Part shown: positions 17,350 through 26,443 of the stretch, one piece after another
Layout: each line of letters begins with the position of its first letter
Position numbering within the stretch: position 1 is the stretch's first letter
Notes under the pieces: generated by a model
The model's database searches: none
Told to the model about the DNA's origin: nothing
The model's input: only the letters and a program-made list of their open reading frames with translations
Made by a program: the position numbers and the translations under genes
Origin: a virus
Taxonomy: Duplodnaviria; Caudoviricetes
Strand: one strand, 5' to 3'
IMG/VR virus record: IMGVR_UViG_3300049982_000230
Coordinates: 1 to 42,718 of that record
Length of the DNA: 42,718 bases

Positions 17350-18762
17350 CTAGAGCGACTGGTTGATGGGAACGACGGGGATGAGCAGGTCGGCCCAGTC
17401 GGAGCTGTTGCCGAACCGCACGCGGACGAGTGCGTGCAGCTCGCGCGCGGCCATCGTCGTGGAGGTGTTGACCGAGTCGACGTCGATCGAGTAGCCGGGG
17501 TCGGCCTCGTTGCCGAAGATCGCCCGGGCGAGCTGGTAGGCCCGGCTCAGGCCATCGAGGCGGCCCGCGTAGGACGCGAGCGTGGACGGGTCGACCGGCT
17601 GGGCGATCATGCCGCGGGCGATGGCCTCGGCGTCGAACTTGTAGGCCATGCGGATCGTCTGCTGGTGCAGATCCTGGTCCAGCTGGACGAGACTGAGCGA
17701 GCAGAACCCCCACGAGCTGACGACCGTTCCGTCGTCGGTCGGGACGTTGATGCCTGCGGCGTAGAGGTCGGACCGGTCGGCGTCGCTCCATTCGGAGAAC
17801 AGCCGCGTGACCGTGGTCGCGTAGCCGTTGGTCGGGCCGTAGCCGGGGACCGCGATCCCCTGCTCGCCCTCGACGCGGCTCTCGATGCCGGCCTGAACCG
17901 CCGTCCACGGGACCAGCCGCTCGGGCTGGTTGGCGATCGGCTTGGCGTACACCCAACCGGCCCACGTGCCGCCGTGCTCGACGAGGTCCGGGGCGTCGGC
18001 CTGGATCGCCGAGGCGTAATCGAGCGCCTGCGTCTTGGTGACCGAGGAGGCGAGGTCCAGCCGGGCCTTGCGGTTGTTGACCTTGCAGTGGGCAAGGATC
18101 GCCTGCTGGACGTCGGGGTCGTCGATGCCGGGCGCGATGAAGCGACCGGGGCCGTAGCGGCGGTCGAGCTTGTCGAGCGCCTTCTGGTAGTCCGCGACCG
18201 TGACGTTGCCGCGATCGTCGGTGCCTCCAGCCAGGGCGGTCGCGGCGACGACCGCCGGCAGCGCCGCACCGGTGCCGATGGTGACGATGTCGTTGTCGTC
18301 GCTCCAAGCAACGAGCTCCTGGACCGTGGTCGCCACGGGCGAGGTCGCGACGGTCACGCCGTTCTCGCGGATGATGATGCGACGCTGGCCGGTGGCCGGC
18401 TGGGTGATCTCGTAGGTGAGGCTGTCTCCCCAGACGCCGACGGACTTCGCCGTGATCGAGATGCTGCCGCTGATCGCCTTGGTCGAGGGGAGCGCGGCCG
18501 GGCCGTAGACCCGGGCGTAGGTGATGAGCGGGGCGCCCTCGGCCAGCACGGTCGCCAGCGAGTCGAACAGCGGGCTGTAGTTGACGCGCGGGCCGATGCC
18601 GTCGATGAGGTCGGTGATGCCGGCGGCCTGGCCGAGGTCGCCGCGATCGGCGAAGCCGATGGCGAAGACGTTGCGGGTGGACGGCGGACCGAAGCGACGG
18701 GCGGCGAGCTCTGCGAACTCGACGCTGTAGCCGGGCGGCGCCGGGATGATGCTGCTAGGCAT
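17350..18762 (-). CDS. Contractile tail sheath protein
   Basis: ITAKSVGVWG, LAGGTD, LYAAGIN, SSWG, VDVDSVNT..MAAREL motifs. Confidence 0.9.
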   Translation of the reverse strand: MPSSIIPAPPGYSVEFAELAARRFGPPSTRNVFAIGFADRGDLGQAAGITDLIDGIGPRVNYSPLFDSLATVLAEGAPLITYARVYGPAALPSTKAISGSISITAKSVGVWGDSLTYEITQPATGQRRIIIRENGVTVATSPVATTVQELVAWSDDNDIVTIGTGAALPAVVAATALAGGTDDRGNVTVADYQKALDKLDRRYGPGRFIAPGIDDPDVQQAILAHCKVNNRKARLDLASSVTKTQALDYASAIQADAPDLVEHGGTWAGWVYAKPIANQPERLVPWTAVQAGIESRVEGEQGIAVPGYGPTNGYATTVTRLFSEWSDADRSDLYAAGINVPTDDGTVVSSWGFCSLSLVQLDQDLHQQTIRMAYKFDAEAIARGMIAQPVDPSTLASYAGRLDGLSRAYQLARAIFGNEADPGYSIDVDSVNTSTTMAARELHALVRVRFGNSSDWADLLIPVVPINQSL

Positions 18763-19048
18763 CCAGGGTCTCCTCATCCTGCGGGGTGGTCCGGCGACGC
18801 CGGCTGGTCTTCGGCTTGCCGGTCTCGCCGGCGCCGTCCTGCTCGTCGCCCTGATCGGGCTCGGCGTTGGCCACGGGCTCGGCTTCGGGCTCGGGGTCCT
18901 CGACCTCGACGCGCACAACGGCGCCGGACTCGAGGTGCCGAGCGTTCTGTTCGATGTCGAAATCGTCGAGAACGGCGCCTGGCTCGGCCGGGCTGCCGCT
19001 GACGATGACCGGGGTCCGTGACGCGACGATGTACGCGTGCTTGGGCAT
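18755..19048 (-). CDS. Small virion-region hypothetical protein
   Basis: GAGGAG SD; overlaps the sheath start; typical pre-sheath small gene. Confidence 0.7.
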   Translation of the reverse strand: MPKHAYIVASRTPVIVSGSPAEPGAVLDDFDIEQNARHLESGAVVRVEVEDPEPEAEPVANAEPDQGDEQDGAGETGKPKTSRRRRTTPQDEETLDA

Positions 19049-19172
19049 GGAGACTTCTCCTCGTATCGGGGGAGGTTCGGGACGGCCCTCTGATGGGCCC
19101 GCAGACGGGCGAGACAGCGGTTTGGCTCGCTTTCGCGGGCTCAGGCGGGGAACTCGGCGCGCCGCGTACTAC

Positions 19173-19373
19173 TCACGCAGAGCGACGACTGGGCGCGGAG
19201 CGCTGAGCCGGGGCTCGATACCCGAGGGCGGCGGTCAGCACGATGGCGAGGATCTGCGCGAGTTCGGCTCGGTCGAACTTGCCGGAGGCCACAACGTTGA
19301 CCAACAGCGCGGTGCTCTGAGCCACGAGCGGCTCGTACACCTTGGGACTGATCTTCCGCAGCCATTCGGTCAT
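19173..19373 (-). CDS. Small two-helix holin-like protein
   Basis: ISPKV...LAIVLTAALGYRAP resembles actinophage small holins; two moderately hydrophobic segments. Confidence 0.5.
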   Translation of the reverse strand: MTEWLRKISPKVYEPLVAQSTALLVNVVASGKFDRAELAQILAIVLTAALGYRAPAQRSAPSRRSA

Positions 19374-19443
19374 CCGACTCTCCATTCAGATGGGCTCCGC
19401 GAGCGCTAGCCGGATGGCTAGCGATAGCTGAGGAGCCGAGGGT

Positions 19444-19449
19444 TACTGT
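19444..19449 (+). promoter_or_regulatory. -10 element (TACTGT) for a leaderless methyltransferase mRNA
   Basis: TAnnnT 6 nt before ATG; no SD. Confidence 0.55.
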
Positions 19450-19455
19450 CGCCCT

Positions 19456-20250
19456 ATGCGACTCCGTCACCATCTCGCTGAGCTCGACGCCTACCGCAAG
19501 GACGCGCTTGGCTTCCGTGACTTCGCCCGCGTCCTTCGAGTGCGGCTGAGCCAGAGCAAGCTCGGGCCGCTCGTCTGCCCGAACCCGATCACCGTCGCCG
19601 TGCGCCTGCGGAGCTTCGGCCCCGAGCCGCTCTGGCTGCGCAGCCACAAGAGCGACATCTCGGTACTCAACGAGCAGTTGCTCTCCCACATCTACGACGC
19701 CGTGCTCCCGCACACGGACGGCGCCCGCACGATCGTCGACCTTGGCGCCAACACCGGCATCGTCGCCAGGTGGCTACTGGCCCGACACCCCAAGGCCAGG
19801 ATCGTGTGCGTCGAACCCGCCGCTGAGAACGTCGCGCTCCTGGAGTGGAACCTCGCCGAGCATGGCCATCGTTCCGCGATCGTCGCCCGCTGTGTCGGCG
19901 GCAGCCGCCGGCCCGTGATGGTCGGCACGACGAACGGCGCGTGGGCGTACGCGATGACCGACGCCGACGGAGCGGAGGCGAACTCGTCGGTCGTGACGAT
20001 GGACGACGTCATCGTTGAGCACGGCCTCGACAAGATCGACCTGCTCAAGTGCGACACCGAGGGCGCCGAGTGGGAGACGTTCGAGCGCTGCGATGGATGG
20101 ATCGATCGTGTCCACGCGATGGTGGTCGAGCTGCACGGCGGCCGGCTGCCGCGGATGCTGGAGTCCATCGGCACCGGCTGGAACGTGTTGACCACCGACC
20201 ACGACCCGCGCCGTAAGCAGGAGACGGTCACGCTGGCCCGGGCGGCGTAG
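19456..20250 (+). CDS. FkbM-family SAM-dependent methyltransferase (moron)
   Basis: IVDLGANTG, CVEP..EN, IDLLKCDTEGAEWE, MVVELH; antisense to the structural operon. Confidence 0.9.
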   Translation: MRLRHHLAELDAYRKDALGFRDFARVLRVRLSQSKLGPLVCPNPITVAVRLRSFGPEPLWLRSHKSDISVLNEQLLSHIYDAVLPHTDGARTIVDLGANTGIVARWLLARHPKARIVCVEPAAENVALLEWNLAEHGHRSAIVARCVGGSRRPVMVGTTNGAWAYAMTDADGAEANSSVVTMDDVIVEHGLDKIDLLKCDTEGAEWETFERCDGWIDRVHAMVVELHGGRLPRMLESIGTGWNVLTTDHDPRRKQETVTLARAA

Positions 20251-20253
20251 GCC

Positions 20254-20943
20254 CTAGGCCGGGAACCAGGCGCCGGCGACGCGGACTTTGACCGGCTTCT
20301 CGACCCACGCTCCGGCGATCCTGGCGAGAATTGTGGAGGTGGCCCCGCCCGCTGCGACGTTGCCGGCGTAGAAGTCACCGACGGCCGAGAGGGAACCGGT
20401 GTCGTAGCCCGCGAGCACCGGGAAGAACGGACCGGCGAACGACGTATCGGTAACGGTGTGAGCGAGCGTCTCAACCCCGCCGCGGTCGCGGTAGATGCGC
20501 ATCACGCCGGTGTCAGCGGTGCGCCGGAAGATGATGAGGTCGGTCGGGACGACGTCAATGCTGCCGGTCGCGCCCGCGGCGTCGATGCCATCGGTGTACT
20601 TCGAGTAGGCGATCGTCTCATTGCCAGCGGCGTTCTGCACGACGGCGAAGACGTAGCCGTCGGCGGTGCCGGCGCCCGGCTGCTGGACCAGCCCGAGACC
20701 CTGGGTCAGGCCGTCGCCTGACGGCATCACAGCGACGGTGAACGCCACCTCGATGTCCTGCTCGCCATCGAGGCTCAGCGTGTCGAGATAGGCGGCCCGG
20801 TAGAACTCGAACAGGGCAGTGTTGTTGAAGATGCTCGGCGTACCGCCTGCTCCATCTCCGAACGGGTCGGCCGTCCAGCCCACGCCCAGGTTGTTGGAGA
20901 CCGCCCGGTTGAAGTTGTCTCGCAGCGGAACGGTGACGGGCAT
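20254..20943 (-). CDS. Fibre/receptor-binding-type beta-sandwich protein
   Basis: DNFNRA..LGVGW start; C-terminal ARIAGAW..KVRVAGAW motif seen in phage fibre accessory proteins. Confidence 0.65.
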   Translation of the reverse strand: MPVTVPLRDNFNRAVSNNLGVGWTADPFGDGAGGTPSIFNNTALFEFYRAAYLDTLSLDGEQDIEVAFTVAVMPSGDGLTQGLGLVQQPGAGTADGYVFAVVQNAAGNETIAYSKYTDGIDAAGATGSIDVVPTDLIIFRRTADTGVMRIYRDRGGVETLAHTVTDTSFAGPFFPVLAGYDTGSLSAVGDFYAGNVAAGGATSTILARIAGAWVEKPVKVRVAGAWFPA

Positions 20944-20948
20944 CGGTT

Positions 20949-22232
20949 CTACCTCTCGTAGGCGCCGGCGTCGGGCGAGCCATCGCGCGCCTTGCCGGTC
21001 AGGTCGGTGGCCGTCGCCAGCGAGCCCAGTGCCTTCCCGATCGCGAACGAGCCCGACGCGAGGGTGAAGTCGCCGCCGGCCGCGTTGGTGAACATCGGCG
21101 CCCATGTGGTGGACGTGTCGCCGTCGCCGGCGTGCACGCAGCCCGACCCCGTGAAGATGTTGTTCTTCCACTGGTTGGCCGCCCGGAGCCCGTAGAGCTG
21201 GTTCAGCGCGGTGCAGGTCGAGCCCGAGTTGACGATGTTGTTGGCGAACGTCACCTGCGACGGCGGCGCCGGGCTCGTCTCGGTGTTGACGAAGCCGTCG
21301 AGCGTGTTGTTGACCATCTGGACGACGCTGTCGATGTAGACGGCCGCCGCGACCCCGCCGACGTTGGCGATCACCGTGTTCTCGAGCCGGTCGTTGCTGC
21401 CTGCGCCGTAGCCGCCGGAGATGAACCAGCCCTGGAACCCGGTCGGCGGCGAGCTGCCGGTGCACGAGCCACCCGACCACGTGGAGTTCTTGACCGTGAG
21501 GTTGGACCCCGCCATCTTCTGCAGGAAGTCCTGGTGGTCGCCGCTGTTCGTCGGGCACGAGAAGTTGAACATGTCGACGTTGTCGAGCGTGATCCCGTTG
21601 CACGCCGCCCCGCCGTTGACCGCGCCCTTCGTCCAGATCTGGACGCCGTCGCCGCGGAAGATGTTCGTCATCGTCACGTCCTTGATCAGGACGTTGCCGC
21701 ACTCGCCGGTGAAGATGACGTTGCCGATCACCGTGGGCGAGTTGTCGTGCATCGTGGCGCCCTGCAGCGTGAAGTTCGTGACCGTCGTGCTGTAGCCGAT
21801 CGTGACGTAGTTGTCGTTGCCGTCGAGCTTCTGGGTGGGGCTGACGTTGATGCCCTGCCCGCCCGCGCCCGTGGTCCCGTCGACCGTGATGCCGTCGACG
21901 CCGGAGAAGCTCCATCCGTTGGTGATGTTGACCTGTGCGCCCGGCGCCAGCCGGTAGGTGACGCGCGCACCGCCCTTGGCCGTGAGGCCGCTCAGCGACG
22001 CCTGCGAGCTCGTGTAGGTCCCTGCGGCCACCGAGATCGTGTCGCCCGGCGCGGCCGCGGTATAGGCGCTGGCCCACGACGCGCACGGCGCCGCCTGCGT
22101 GCAGGCCGTGCCTGAGCCGGTCGGGCTGACGAACCGGTTGGCGGTGGGCCCGCTGCCGACGATGCCGCCGGCGATCGCGGTCGCGATCAGCGCGCTGACG
22201 GCGACCCATGCGCCCGTGCGTCGGTACCTCAC
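20949..22232 (-). CDS. Pectin-lyase-fold (right-handed beta-helix) protein with N-terminal signal peptide/TM
   Basis: FVSPTGS..CTQAAPC..PGDTISVAAGTY; Asn/Gly/Thr-rich repeats; DLTGKARDGSPDAGAYE end. Confidence 0.8.
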   Translation of the reverse strand: MRYRRTGAWVAVSALIATAIAGGIVGSGPTANRFVSPTGSGTACTQAAPCASWASAYTAAAPGDTISVAAGTYTSSQASLSGLTAKGGARVTYRLAPGAQVNITNGWSFSGVDGITVDGTTGAGGQGINVSPTQKLDGNDNYVTIGYSTTVTNFTLQGATMHDNSPTVIGNVIFTGECGNVLIKDVTMTNIFRGDGVQIWTKGAVNGGAACNGITLDNVDMFNFSCPTNSGDHQDFLQKMAGSNLTVKNSTWSGGSCTGSSPPTGFQGWFISGGYGAGSNDRLENTVIANVGGVAAAVYIDSVVQMVNNTLDGFVNTETSPAPPSQVTFANNIVNSGSTCTALNQLYGLRAANQWKNNIFTGSGCVHAGDGDTSTTWAPMFTNAAGGDFTLASGSFAIGKALGSLATATDLTGKARDGSPDAGAYER

Positions 22233-22927
22233 GACACGGGCACCCAGAGGTCACGGCCGTCGAGCGCCGCGATGCCGGGATCGGCGGGACCGAGGAAGAT
22301 CGCGGTCCGCGCGCCCGCGTCGCGGGCCCGGTAGGCCGAGCCCGTCCACTCCACGACCTGGATCAAGTACTGCGTGTCCACGATCCCGTGGACGCTCGTC
22401 GTGTCGGCCTCGTGCGTCGTGATCGCCGACGTGATCTCGGCGTCGGTCGCCGCGGTCGCCGCGTCCTGCTTCGCCGCGAGCGCCGCCGCCAGGCCCGTGA
22501 TGTCGGTCTGCGCGTGCGTGTGCGTCGCGGCGGCCTTCGTCGCCAGCCCGGGCACGGTCGGTGCGGCGGCCGTGCCGCCGAGGTCGCCGGCGAGCTGCAC
22601 GACGCCCTTCGTGTCAGCGTCGGCGTCCGGTGCACTCCCGCCCCCGCTTCCCACCAAACTCAGCCAGTGTGCTGAGAGGTCGCCGGCGAACGTCGCGCCC
22701 GCCGTGTGGTCGTTCGTGGCGGCGTACGTCTGGCCACCGCTGGTGACCATGTCGTTGGTTTTGTACGCCGTCCCGGTGACCCAAGCGCCGCGGTAGATGC
22801 CGCTGCTGACGCCGGACGGGCCCGGCGCGCCGGACGGGCCCGGCGCGCCGGACGGCCCGGCGGGCCCCTCGTAGAACTCGACTGCGGCGGACGGCCGGGG
22901 CGGCGCGTCGGGATTGAACTTGGTCAT
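22229..22927 (-). CDS. Fibre protein with short collagen-like repeat and CBM-like module
   Basis: GPSGAP repeats; YRGAWVTGTAYKTNDMV; KGVVQLAGDLGGTAAAPTVPGL; HTHAQTDITGL. Confidence 0.75.
   Translation of the reverse strand: MTKFNPDAPPRPSAAVEFYEGPAGPSGAPGPSGAPGPSGVSSGIYRGAWVTGTAYKTNDMVTSGGQTYAATNDHTAGATFAGDLSAHWLSLVGSGGGSAPDADADTKGVVQLAGDLGGTAAAPTVPGLATKAAATHTHAQTDITGLAAALAAKQDAATAATDAEITSAITTHEADTTSVHGIVDTQYLIQVVEWTGSAYRARDAGARTAIFLGPADPGIAALDGRDLWVPVS
22811..22860. repeat. 18-bp tandem repeat encoding collagen-like GPSGAP
   Basis: GCCGGACGGGCCCGGCGC x2 plus a partial copy. Confidence 0.8.
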
Positions 22928-23574
22928 CAGTCCTCCGGGTCGATGATCTCGGCGCGCACGTCGACATCGGCGGTCGCGACGGTGGGAACGGGCGGCCACG
23001 GCTGGTGAGGGTCGGGGCGCGGGTCTGCGTCTGAGGGCGGGCCGGCACCGCGCTGACCGAGCAGCACGCCGTGGGCGGCGTAACGGAGGTCGGCCGCGAC
23101 GAGCGTGCGCTCGCGTTCGGGGTCGATGCGCGTGAAGTCCTCGTCGATGGGCTCGAGGTCGCGCGCCAGGCCGCCGCACGTCGGGCGGTCCAGCAGCAGC
23201 GCCGAGACGGCGGCGGTGTGGCGGTGCAGCAGGTCCCCGGTCGTGGCGATGTCGTTGGAGCTGGCGACGACGAAGACGCCGAGCTCCAACGTCCCCCACA
23301 TCGTGCCGTCGGGGTCGACGAGCTTGTCGGTGGTGCCGACGACCCAGATCACGAGCGCGGGGAGCTGCTCGCCGGCGCGGATCATCGCGGCGTGCCGGAC
23401 GGTGTAGGACTGCGGGACGATCGTACTGCCGGGCTCGATCGCGTGGCCCTCGGTGTCGGTGTTCTGGCGCTCGTAGGCGGCCACGTACTCCGGCATCCAC
23501 GCTTCGAGGTCGTCCTTGAGGCCCTGGGCGACCTTCCAGCGCGAGACGAGCGGGCCGTAGCGGTCGGCGCTCAT
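22927..23574 (-). CDS. Probable tail terminator / completion protein
   Basis: Position; LPALVIW..WGTLELGVFV..LLLDRPTCGG. Confidence 0.6.
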   Translation of the reverse strand: MSADRYGPLVSRWKVAQGLKDDLEAWMPEYVAAYERQNTDTEGHAIEPGSTIVPQSYTVRHAAMIRAGEQLPALVIWVVGTTDKLVDPDGTMWGTLELGVFVVASSNDIATTGDLLHRHTAAVSALLLDRPTCGGLARDLEPIDEDFTRIDPERERTLVAADLRYAAHGVLLGQRGAGPPSDADPRPDPHQPWPPVPTVATADVDVRAEIIDPED

Positions 23575-24104
23575 CGCCTGCCGCCGGTGATGACGCGGCG
23601 CTCGAGGAGCCAGTGCAGGACGTCGCCGGTCGCGTCGCGGTGCGCGATCGGGTCAAAGCTCATCGGGTCGCGGGCCTCGCGGTTGCCGTGGCGGTCGCCC
23701 TGGAAGTTGCCGTAGGCGATCGGGCCCTGGGCCTTGAGCCCGACGCGGACGTCGAGCGCGCCGCGCAGCGCCACGATGCTGTCGCGCTGCCCGAGCGCGT
23801 GCCGCGTCGTCAGCGTCCGCTCCAGCGTGCCTGAGAGGTGCAGCGGGGGGCCGTCGGGGTCGCCCTTGACCCGGATCGTGCCGCCGGCGGCGAAGTGGCC
23901 GATCGGGTAGCGGTAGCGCTTGCGGGTCGACGGGAGCTTCGGCGCCCACGGCTTCTCGTCGAAGAGGCGACGTTCGGACTCGATCCAGCGGTCGCGCACG
24001 AGCTCGCCGGCGGGGCGCATGCGCTCCGAGCGCCCGGCGATGGCGCGGTAGCTGTCGGCGATCGCCAGGACGCCGTCCTGGCCGATGACGATCTCCATGC
24101 CCAC
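23571..24104 (-). CDS. Neck / virion morphogenesis protein (Mu gpG-like)
   Basis: SERRLF..WAPKLPST..LHLSGTLERTL..YGNFQ..ARDPM. Confidence 0.65.
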   Translation of the reverse strand: MGMEIVIGQDGVLAIADSYRAIAGRSERMRPAGELVRDRWIESERRLFDEKPWAPKLPSTRKRYRYPIGHFAAGGTIRVKGDPDGPPLHLSGTLERTLTTRHALGQRDSIVALRGALDVRVGLKAQGPIAYGNFQGDRHGNREARDPMSFDPIAHRDATGDVLHWLLERRVITGGRR

Positions 24105-24105
24105 G

Positions 24106-24606
24106 TTAGATCGCGCCGTCGCTGTCGGGGCCGTTGGCGATCTGGTGCGGCAGCAGCGAGAGGTCCTCGGCGACGTCGGCGGTGACCAGGCGGATTCTGT
24201 GGATGCGCCATCCGCCGACGCTGTTGGACTGCGCGGTGGCCACGAGCGCCTTGATCTGCTCGCGCGCCATGCGGCCGAGCTGGTCGATGAGCGCGGCGAT
24301 GGTGTCTGAGCCGTCGTCGTAGAACGACGTGGCGATCTTCAGGGCGGCGTAGGCGGCGGCGGCGTCCTTGGCGCTCTCGACGAAGTCCGCGAACTCGTCG
24401 GCCTCCGGATCGAAGTTCGGCTTGCCGAGCTGCAGCGCGAGGTAGCGCGCCGCGCTCTCGGCGTAGAGCTCGGCGACCTCGGCCGTCGGCCGGGTCTTGT
24501 CGGTGAACGTGCCCTCTTCGCCGCCGCCCCCCGAACGCGTGAGCGTCCGGATGCACGACCCGACCCGCGGGAGGTCGGGCGTGATGAGGGCGGCGGCGAC
24601 GGGCAC
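24106..24606 (-). CDS. Head-tail adaptor
   Basis: GTFTDKTRPT..AAAYAALKIATSFY; position after capsid genes. Confidence 0.65.
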   Translation of the reverse strand: MPVAAALITPDLPRVGSCIRTLTRSGGGGEEGTFTDKTRPTAEVAELYAESAARYLALQLGKPNFDPEADEFADFVESAKDAAAAYAALKIATSFYDDGSDTIAALIDQLGRMAREQIKALVATAQSNSVGGWRIHRIRLVTADVAEDLSLLPHQIANGPDSDGAI

Positions 24607-24610
24607 GGGC

Positions 24611-24811
24611 TCAGCCGCGGCGCGGCTTGTGGTGGTCGTGGGCGCTGGGCGAGGTCGGGCCGCTCTGCTGGCTGTAGTCCTCGTCAGCGAACGGGGACGG
24701 CGACTCGCCGATGAACCCCTTCGCCTGGTCGGCGGCCACGGTCTCCTGGGCCTCGTGCTGGCCGGCGTCGCCGGCCGGGCGGTCCTTGTCCTTCGGGGGG
24801 TTGGTGCTCAT
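24611..24811 (-). CDS. Small head-region hypothetical protein
   Basis: GGGAGG SD; AKGFIG..P...EDYS. Confidence 0.65.
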   Translation of the reverse strand: MSTNPPKDKDRPAGDAGQHEAQETVAADQAKGFIGESPSPFADEDYSQQSGPTSPSAHDHHKPRRG

Positions 24812-24825
24812 GGTGGGTCGCCTCC

Positions 24826-25230
24826 CTAGGCGCGGTTGATCTCGACCTGGACGAGGCCGCCGGGGTTGGCCAGGCCGGAGCCGGCGACCGTCTCGACGAC
24901 GGCGAGGACGTCGCCGGCGGCGACGTTGGTCGCGCTGGCGACGGCCGAGAGCGTGAACGCCTTCTCGTCGAAGGCGACGCCGTTGGCGCCGGTCACGAAG
25001 TCGAGCGTCGCGATGACGGTCGACCCGGCGCCGGCCTGGCCCTTGTTGACGAGGGTCAGCGTGCGCTTGTTGGTGTTGTCACCCGTGACCGCGGCCTCGG
25101 GCGTGTAGGAGACGCTGGCGACGACGCCGTCAAACGGCGCCTCGCCGAGCGTCTGGTCGCCCGCGACGGCGGCGCCGAGCGCGGGCAGCGTGGTGTTGAG
25201 CTTCCGGAGAAGCGGAGCGGAGTCGGTCAT
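24826..25230 (-). CDS. Probable capsid decoration protein
   Basis: 134 aa beta-rich, immediately after the MCP; GGAGG SD. Confidence 0.65.
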   Translation of the reverse strand: MTDSAPLLRKLNTTLPALGAAVAGDQTLGEAPFDGVVASVSYTPEAAVTGDNTNKRTLTLVNKGQAGAGSTVIATLDFVTGANGVAFDEKAFTLSAVASATNVAAGDVLAVVETVAGSGLANPGGLVQVEINRA

Positions 25231-25243
25231 GCGATCAGGCCTC

Positions 25244-26380
25244 CTAGCTGGCCGGGGACTGCAGGACGGCGGCCGGGTAGCGCAGCTCCTCGACGACCTG
25301 GTCGTAGTTGATGGTGTTCGCGACCTGCCAGCCGACGCGCATCACCATGCGCATGGCGACCATGTCCTGCTGGGCGAGGTTGAACACGATCTCGCCCGTC
25401 GCCGGGTCCTGGATCACGGCCTCGGTCAGCAGCTTCCAGGTGACGTCCTTGCGCAGCCCGAACACGAACTCGGTCGGGTCGAACGCGACGAGCTCGGCGC
25501 TCGAGACCGCGGTCGGCCACTGGCCGCGCATCGGGAACCGGATGTCGAGGCTGTCGATCTCGACGAGGTCCTTGGTGATCTTGATCTCGCCGTAGCGGTC
25601 GCCGGTGTCGTTGCGCGCGGCGCGGGCCAGGCCCTTGATCGTCTTGCGCGCGACGGCCTGCTCGGCGTCGTAGCCGTCGGTCTCCATCGCGCTCATCACC
25701 GCGCCGATGTCGCCGACGATGCCGCCCTGCTTGACCGTGGCGGTGCCGCGCGTGACGACGTTGCCCGCTGCGATGGCGCCGGCGACGACGTTGGTCGGGA
25801 ACGACGACGGGGCGCTCGTGCCGAAGAACACCGTCGAGTCGATGAGCCGGCCGCCGGCCTGCTCGCAGAGCGGGCGGACCTCGTCCCAGATCGGGAAGCC
25901 GGCGTCGTCGATGACGGCCTCCGGGATCGGCACGATGACCGCGAGCTCCTCGATGTCGATGAACTTGTTCTTCCACGCGGCCTTGCTGGTCTGCTTCATG
26001 CCGGTGTCGCCGGTGACCCAGTAGGCGATCGGCAGCGCGGAGAGGACGGGCAGGCGCACCTGGGCGCTGCCGACGGGCACGCGGGTGAACTGGCTCATCA
26101 CCGCGCTGTCGTTGACGAGGTTCTTCCGGAACGCCTGCGACACCTCTTCGGGCATCGTGGCCTCGGCGTCGCCGCGGTTGATGAGCGCGTTGAGGGGCAC
26201 GCCGCTGGCCTGCAGCGCGGCGAGCCGGGTCGGCCACGCGGCCTCGAGCTGGCGCGCGAGGTCGGTCAGGCCGTACGGGATGGTGATGCGGGGGGTGCGG
26301 TCACGCACGGTGGCGTGGATCGCGGAGACGCCCGCGACGGCCAGGAGGCCGACGATGAGGGCGACGAGGACGGTGGGCAC
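25244..26380 (-). CDS. Major capsid protein (HK97 fold) with 60-aa N-terminal extension
   Basis: MPEEVS, LPIAYWV.G, EELAVIVPIPE, NLAQQDMVAMR..RVGWQ; strong GGAGGAG SD at GTG 26380 (alternative GTG 26200 lacks an SD). Confidence 0.9.
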   Translation of the reverse strand: MPTVLVALIVGLLAVAGVSAIHATVRDRTPRITIPYGLTDLARQLEAAWPTRLAALQASGVPLNALINRGDAEATMPEEVSQAFRKNLVNDSAVMSQFTRVPVGSAQVRLPVLSALPIAYWVTGDTGMKQTSKAAWKNKFIDIEELAVIVPIPEAVIDDAGFPIWDEVRPLCEQAGGRLIDSTVFFGTSAPSSFPTNVVAGAIAAGNVVTRGTATVKQGGIVGDIGAVMSAMETDGYDAEQAVARKTIKGLARAARNDTGDRYGEIKITKDLVEIDSLDIRFPMRGQWPTAVSSAELVAFDPTEFVFGLRKDVTWKLLTEAVIQDPATGEIVFNLAQQDMVAMRMVMRVGWQVANTINYDQVVEELRYPAAVLQSPAS

Positions 26381-26443
26381 GGTGGCTCCTCCTGGTCGTT
26401 TCGATGAGGTGAGGCCGCCCACCGGGGGCGTCCTGTGCTGCTG

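Noticed and set aside
8734-18762. Stand-alone extracellular contractile injection system or tailocin
   Set aside because: Capsid, portal, terminase, replication genes and att sites are all present, so it is a phage tail.
19060-19172. ncRNA or riboswitch upstream of the pre-sheath gene
   Set aside because: Only short GC hairpins; no recognisable conserved motif.
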